Shown: piece by piece, positions 60,105-64,000 of the stretch
How positions within the stretch are numbered: the first letter of the stretch is position 1
Layout of the letters: each line of letters starts with the position of its first letter
IMG/VR virus record: IMGVR_UViG_3300027770_000025
Location: 248,001-312,000 of that record
DNA length: 64,000 nucleotides
Direction: 5' to 3' (one strand)
Position numbers and translations under genes: made by a program
The notes under the pieces: generated by a model
Told to the model about the DNA's origin: nothing
Database searches by the model: none
What the model saw: the letters and a program-made list of their open reading frames with translations, nothing else

Positions 60105-60575
60105 TTATCTCCCGAAATAATCTTTAACCTCTTTTGCGGTAAGAAGTTCATATTCAGCATAACCATTCGTTAAAACTAGAAATTTTCCGTTTGGTATGGT
60201 GAAGACAAAACTATCGTCCAGTACTTTAAAATTATCACCTATTTTATAAAGATCGAAAACCCCCTCGCTAAAGCAAGCGAATTCAAAAGTATCCCCCAAA
60301 GATGGAAATACCTGTATACTTATTTGACTGGCGTAATCGGCTCCATATACATCGTCTTTCGATACAAATTGTTCTAACTCTCGTAGGTAAGCTGCCTCTG
60401 ATAGGCTATTTATGGTACCAACTGCTAATCCGCCACCGCCCATATCGGCTATACAAATTACCCCGTTCCTGTAATCATTAGAACCTTCTCTAAAACCTGC
60501 ATTAGGGTTAGGTGTTCCAATTCTTGGATCTTCTCTGAAAGATTCAAATTGTGCAATGTGTTTTGTTCTGTTCAT
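60105..60575 (-). CDS. Hypothetical protein with capsid-targeting-like N-terminus, inside the repeat-flanked insert
   Basis: MNRTKHIAQFESFRED; GATATATA at 60595-60602. Confidence 0.65.
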   Translation of the reverse strand: MNRTKHIAQFESFREDPRIGTPNPNAGFREGSNDYRNGVICIADMGGGGLAVGTINSLSEAAYLRELEQFVSKDDVYGADYASQISIQVFPSLGDTFEFACFSEGVFDLYKIGDNFKVLDDSFVFTIPNGKFLVLTNGYAEYELLTAKEVKDYFGR

Positions 60576-60594
60576 TTTTAGTTATTATTTTACC

Positions 60595-60686
60595 TATATA
60601 TCAAAGAAAAGCTTTAGATGTTATTATAAACTGAATATTTAGCTAGGGAAGCATACCTTTAGCATAACTTCCATTACTGTACTAAC
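60595..60686. repeat. 92-bp direct repeat, copy 2
   Basis: Identical by eye to 59827-59918; overlaps the true 3' end of the exonuclease gene. Confidence 0.9.
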
Positions 60687-61346
60687 ATCGAGTTCACAGT
60701 ACGTTTTAATGTTTTCATAGTCTTTATCAATCCAGAATGAATCATTTACTTTGGATCCGTCCATTATTCCCTTAGGCGATTCTATACCAAGAGAACAAGA
60801 AAGAAGATCCAGGCTTAAGTATTTTTGATGTGTCCAGCTACCGAAAGCAAACACGTCTGATGTATCAACATACGGAATCTCCCATGGCTTCTTGTCCCAG
60901 ATTCTAATATTTGCTGGCGGATTGATTCCATTATAGACCATTCTTTTACCTAAGCAGGGAACGTCAAATCCTTTTATATTATGACCGCACAACTTCCAAT
61001 TTTTTGAAGCTGCATTATTAAGCACCTTAGCTGTTTTAGTTAGAATGTCATGCTCATCGTCCCCGTAGAAAGATGCGAATCTCACCTCTCCTATATCAGT
61101 AAATGATCCAAAAGAAACACACACAACTCTGGAAAATTCAGGCTCTAATCCAGCCTTTTGTTTATAAATAGTTTCAGGATCTTCAGCAGATAATGACGGA
61201 TATGCTCCAAGATAATATGCTTCCCTCTTTTTCCATAGCTGCCATAAACGGGGATTAGCATCATGTAATGTTTCGAGATCCTTATAAAGAGCTGCGGTCT
61301 CAACATCAAAATAAAGATATTTATAAATGTCTTCTTTTTTAAACAT
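60639..61346 (-). CDS. 3'-5' exonuclease related to the PolB proofreading domain (DEDDy)
   Basis: Exo I LYFDVET, Exo II GHNIKGFD, Exo III YCELDV. Confidence 0.88.
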   Translation of the reverse strand: MFKKEDIYKYLYFDVETAALYKDLETLHDANPRLWQLWKKREAYYLGAYPSLSAEDPETIYKQKAGLEPEFSRVVCVSFGSFTDIGEVRFASFYGDDEHDILTKTAKVLNNAASKNWKLCGHNIKGFDVPCLGKRMVYNGINPPANIRIWDKKPWEIPYVDTSDVFAFGSWTHQKYLSLDLLSCSLGIESPKGIMDGSKVNDSFWIDKDYENIKTYCELDVSTVMEVMLKVCFPS

Positions 61347-61360
61347 AATTTGGTTTTTTA

Positions 61361-61368
61361 CAAAGATA
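61361..61368 (-). promoter_or_regulatory. Bacteroidota-type sigma70 -7 element TATCTTTG
   Basis: Matches TAnnTTTG, 14 nt upstream of the exonuclease start. Confidence 0.5.
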
Positions 61369-61391
61369 ATAGAATATCGCGGGAATAAAAA

Positions 61392-62291
61392 TTATTTCTT
61401 CGAATTTTTATTTATTACTATAGGGGGAAGAGATTTATGATCCATTCTGTATTTTAAGCATGCATCTTCTCTTGCTGGGGATTCTATGATTACGTCTATA
61501 TCCAAGCCGAATGTTGGTATCCTTCTTTTGAGGTATTCTGATTGCTTTGGTATAGATGGTATTCCATAAGCATCACATTCTTGTGACTCTGAATGTATAA
61601 ATACAGGTTTTTGCCCAGCCTTCCAGGTTGAGCAGGAAAGAAAAAGGGCTTCTCTTATACTAAGTCCACCATCATTAAACTGATGTGGCAATAGCCTAAA
61701 ACATATTGGAATATTAGATCTGTAGTAAATACCAGATAGAAGATCAGTAACTGAGAAAAGACTGGGTTTGTCATCATTAACAACACAAAGTTTAGAAACG
61801 ACTGTACTGTCCATCTCCGATAATCTCTCACAAAAGAGATCCATAGTATTTCTTCTATTTCCATAAGCTGATCCAACTCTAACCATTATAGACGGGTAGT
61901 TAATCCCAATTAAATCCAGAATGCTAGATAGTCTGGATAGTAACGATATTGTAGAGCTCTTAATATTATCCAATTGCGTACCTAAGAAATATTCCCTGTT
62001 TATACATAGAAATATTCTGAGATCATTTTTAGTTATTGCCGAATTTATCTCATCGATTATATTCGATACAGGGGATTCTTCCTCTATTACCTCATTAAAG
62101 AAATTTGGTGAAAATTTAAAATTACATACATCTATACATGTGATCTCTATATCGAGCTCAAGATTTAATTTTATATTATCTCTAATTACACAGAGAAACT
62201 CCTCATATGAATTTATCGGGTAGTTTATATCATATGATTCAGAGTGTGGACCTATATAAGATAATTTCGGTGGCGTTTGTCCTAATATCAT
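61392..62291 (-). CDS. uvsE: UV-damage endonuclease (UvsE/UvdE)-like protein, catalytically degenerate
   Basis: VGSAYGNR, NDDKPSLFSVTDLL, IPICF, EALFLSCSTW and HSES follow the UvsE motif order, but several metal ligands are replaced. Confidence 0.75.
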   Translation of the reverse strand: MILGQTPPKLSYIGPHSESYDINYPINSYEEFLCVIRDNIKLNLELDIEITCIDVCNFKFSPNFFNEVIEEESPVSNIIDEINSAITKNDLRIFLCINREYFLGTQLDNIKSSTISLLSRLSSILDLIGINYPSIMVRVGSAYGNRRNTMDLFCERLSEMDSTVVSKLCVVNDDKPSLFSVTDLLSGIYYRSNIPICFRLLPHQFNDGGLSIREALFLSCSTWKAGQKPVFIHSESQECDAYGIPSIPKQSEYLKRRIPTFGLDIDVIIESPAREDACLKYRMDHKSLPPIVINKNSKK

Positions 62292-62305
62292 TTAATCTTT
62301 TTAAG

Positions 62306-62334
62306 ATTGTACTGATAAAAGTATTTTTAGTTTC
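62306..62334 (-). promoter_or_regulatory. Putative promoter GAAAC-N18-TACAAT
   Basis: Second copy of the motif at 42192-42220. Confidence 0.45.
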
Positions 62335-62341
62335 TGTTAAA

Positions 62342-62830
62342 TTAGCCCCCTGTTGTTTCCAGTCCTAACTCGGACGAATTATAAACAGTTTTAGAATTAT
62401 ATCCTTTATCAACGATTTCGCTGTTTTTGTATTTGGTTTTTGTGGAAATGTTACCGTGTTCACCACCTTCTGCAAACTTAACGGTATTACCCTTAATCTC
62501 TATAACTCTTTCAGTCTTTTTACCTTTATTATAAACTTGAATGAAATATCTATAGCCTATATTATTAGGATTTCTGAATGCTCTAACAATAACACCAGTT
62601 ACTTTATCCTTTGAATCTAACGGTTCAGCTATTACCACATCACCTATCTTATATTCATCACCCTTTACATTGGTTGGCATATTGGGATCAGTACCGACAG
62701 AAATTGATAAATCGCTAAAAGGTTTATAGTTTATTTTTAGGACGCCATTAGCTCCTCCATAACCATAGGTATCACCAAAAGCTCCGCTTTCTCCACCAAA
62801 GTCCTCGTTTATTGATTTAATATACTTCAT
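62342..62830 (-). CDS. Hypothetical protein with capsid-targeting-like N-terminus and an SH3/KOW-like domain
   Basis: Likely start ATG 62830: MKYIKSINEDF; YKIGDVVIAE...VTGVIVR; GATAAATA at 62836-62843. Confidence 0.6.
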   Translation of the reverse strand: MKYIKSINEDFGGESGAFGDTYGYGGANGVLKINYKPFSDLSISVGTDPNMPTNVKGDEYKIGDVVIAEPLDSKDKVTGVIVRAFRNPNNIGYRYFIQVYNKGKKTERVIEIKGNTVKFAEGGEHGNISTKTKYKNSEIVDKGYNSKTVYNSSELGLETTGG

Positions 62831-62834
62831 TATG

Positions 62835-63392
62835 CTATTTATCTTCGGAGGCCTCACCATTCTGAAGCGCTAGTAGATCTTTTATTTTTGTAGCTAATTC
62901 AAAATTCTCTGTATCGATTGCTTTTTTAAGCATTGCTTCCAGTCTGATAATATCGGATTCATCCTTTGCTATATCATTTTTTTCTGTATTGCCTATTACA
63001 TGAATTCTTTGTGGCGAATAAATAACTTCCAAGCTAGAATCAAATCTTATATTTAATCCCGCTTTTATATCACCTCTAGAAGGTTCATCGTCTTCATCAT
63101 CATAGTCGTCATCACTTAATTCTACCCATTCCCCATTAACCCAGAATATCATCCAAGGTCCATAGAAAAGCTCGGCCACATCATTATCGATAGCATAGTT
63201 AAGCAACATCTTCAGCTCAGATTTAATGTCATTTTTATTTAAAGTATCTGAAAATACCTTTCTCTTAATACCAGGGATTACTGATGTTCCCTCGCCTACC
63301 CCTATCTTAAAGCATTTATTAACCCCGATAATAGAGTCCCAATCCAAGCTGGAAATAACCTTGTCAATTAGTTTGTTATTCGGTTTCTTCAT
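62835..63392 (-). CDS. Hypothetical protein with a C-terminal UVR (UvrB/C) motif
   Basis: LEAMLKKAIDTENFELATKIKDLL matches the UVR coiled-coil motif. Confidence 0.7.
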   Translation of the reverse strand: MKKPNNKLIDKVISSLDWDSIIGVNKCFKIGVGEGTSVIPGIKRKVFSDTLNKNDIKSELKMLLNYAIDNDVAELFYGPWMIFWVNGEWVELSDDDYDDEDDEPSRGDIKAGLNIRFDSSLEVIYSPQRIHVIGNTEKNDIAKDESDIIRLEAMLKKAIDTENFELATKIKDLLALQNGEASEDK

Positions 63393-63405
63393 TTCTTATA
63401 TATTT

Positions 63406-63825
63406 CTATTTTTGAAGCCCTGCCTGGTCTGATATATCAGATACCCAAGAAGCATATTTAGCTGGATAAAAATTCTTAATAGTTTCTATGTCTCTTTTGG
63501 ATACCCTATATTTATCTCTTATGAAAGATTCTATTAATTCTGACGCTTTAACCTCCTCTATCTTAATTCCTTCAGATTTCTTAGTCTTTGTATATAACCA
63601 AACTGGGGGTTTGGAAAACCTTGCTGAAAGAGTTCCGTGCCACCAATCTACCACCGGTGCGGGTACGATTTTCATCTTATTGAACTGATTTGCTTGAACG
63701 GGGAATTGTATAGACATTATCCTGTTGATCATAAAAAAGTTTCTGGACTTATCTATTTTACCAACAGCTTTCCATTCGTTTGCTTTGTTATTAAAAATAA
63801 GTTTTATAATATCAAATAATTGCAT
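63406..63825 (-). CDS. Possible clamp-loader small subunit (T4 gp62-like)
   Basis: FFMINRIMS...QANQFN resembles the gp62 FMxNRxLS...ANxxN motif; size fits. Confidence 0.4.
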   Translation of the reverse strand: MQLFDIIKLIFNNKANEWKAVGKIDKSRNFFMINRIMSIQFPVQANQFNKMKIVPAPVVDWWHGTLSARFSKPPVWLYTKTKKSEGIKIEEVKASELIESFIRDKYRVSKRDIETIKNFYPAKYASWVSDISDQAGLQK

Positions 63826-63831
63826 AGTGTA

Positions 63832-64000
63832 TTATTTTAAGAAATTTTCAAATGGATCAAATCCTTTAGGCTGGACTGGGGTAACTATCCATTCTGTTCC
63901 GTCTAATATTTTTATTCTATCCAGGGTTACTGATTTTTTTTCTAGCTTAATCCCTCTTGTTGTTTCCATTTTACATGAGAAAGAAACATTCTCCGGTATC
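63832..64000 (-). CDS. C-terminal end of a gene entering from the right edge
   Basis: Open frame ...IPENVSFSCKMETTRGIKLEKKSVTLDRIKILDGTEWIVTPVQPKGFDPFENFLK* ending at 63832. Confidence 0.6.
   Translation of the reverse strand, partial: IPENVSFSCKMETTRGIKLEKKSVTLDRIKILDGTEWIVTPVQPKGFDPFENFLK

Noticed and set aside
59827-60686. IS element, prophage att sites or DGR template/variable repeat pair
   Set aside because: No transposase, integrase or reverse transcriptase in view, no terminal inverted repeats, and the copies show no adenine-specific differences.
565-63819. Numerous short plus-strand and nested ORFs in the track (e.g. 565-786, 21563-21925, 40728-41126, 56291-56698)
   Set aside because: They are antisense to or inside well-supported long genes and have no recognisable motifs.
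1-64000. Stop-codon reassignment as in some large Bacteroidota phages
   Set aside because: Very long ORFs are intact under code 11, and TAG (45546, 51324) and TGA (20776) end genes at sensible boundaries.
1-64000. tRNA/rRNA genes, introns or inteins
   Set aside because: Intergenic gaps are short and explained by promoters and terminators; no cloverleaf, split gene or intein motif was recognised by eye (not a computed scan).

Overview
AT-rich segment of a large T4-like (jumbo) myovirus genome. It is almost entirely minus-strand and uses the standard genetic code. 1-40 kb holds giant tail-fibre/baseplate-associated proteins and baseplate and neck homologs (gp6, gp25, gp5, gp27, gp53, gp13), interrupted by phoH, an amidoligase-like gene and a ribosomal protein S1 homolog. 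40-52 kb holds small hypotheticals, a NUDIX hydrolase, an AsnB-like amidotransferase with a nucleotide kinase, and putative internal head proteins. 52-60 kb holds the gp23 major capsid protein, a gp21 protease fused to a repetitive scaffold, an 874-aa putative ejection protein and a nucleotidyltransferase. 60-64 kb holds a PolB-like exonuclease, a catalytically degenerate UvsE, a UVR-domain protein and a possible gp62. TAnnTTTG promoters, SD-less A-rich leaders and PKD/Reg_prop domains point to a Bacteroidota host (inference). Most notable patterns: (i) a G-x-T-G motif strongly enriched in outward-facing virion proteins, a candidate virion modification sequon; (ii) about ten late-promoter genes carrying a T4 capsid-targeting-like N-terminal peptide, suggesting a packaged cargo set; (iii) a 92-bp direct repeat that appears to have installed one such cargo gene with its own late promoter; (iv) three promoter classes readable from the sequence. 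All family assignments are from motif recognition by eye; no searches were run.
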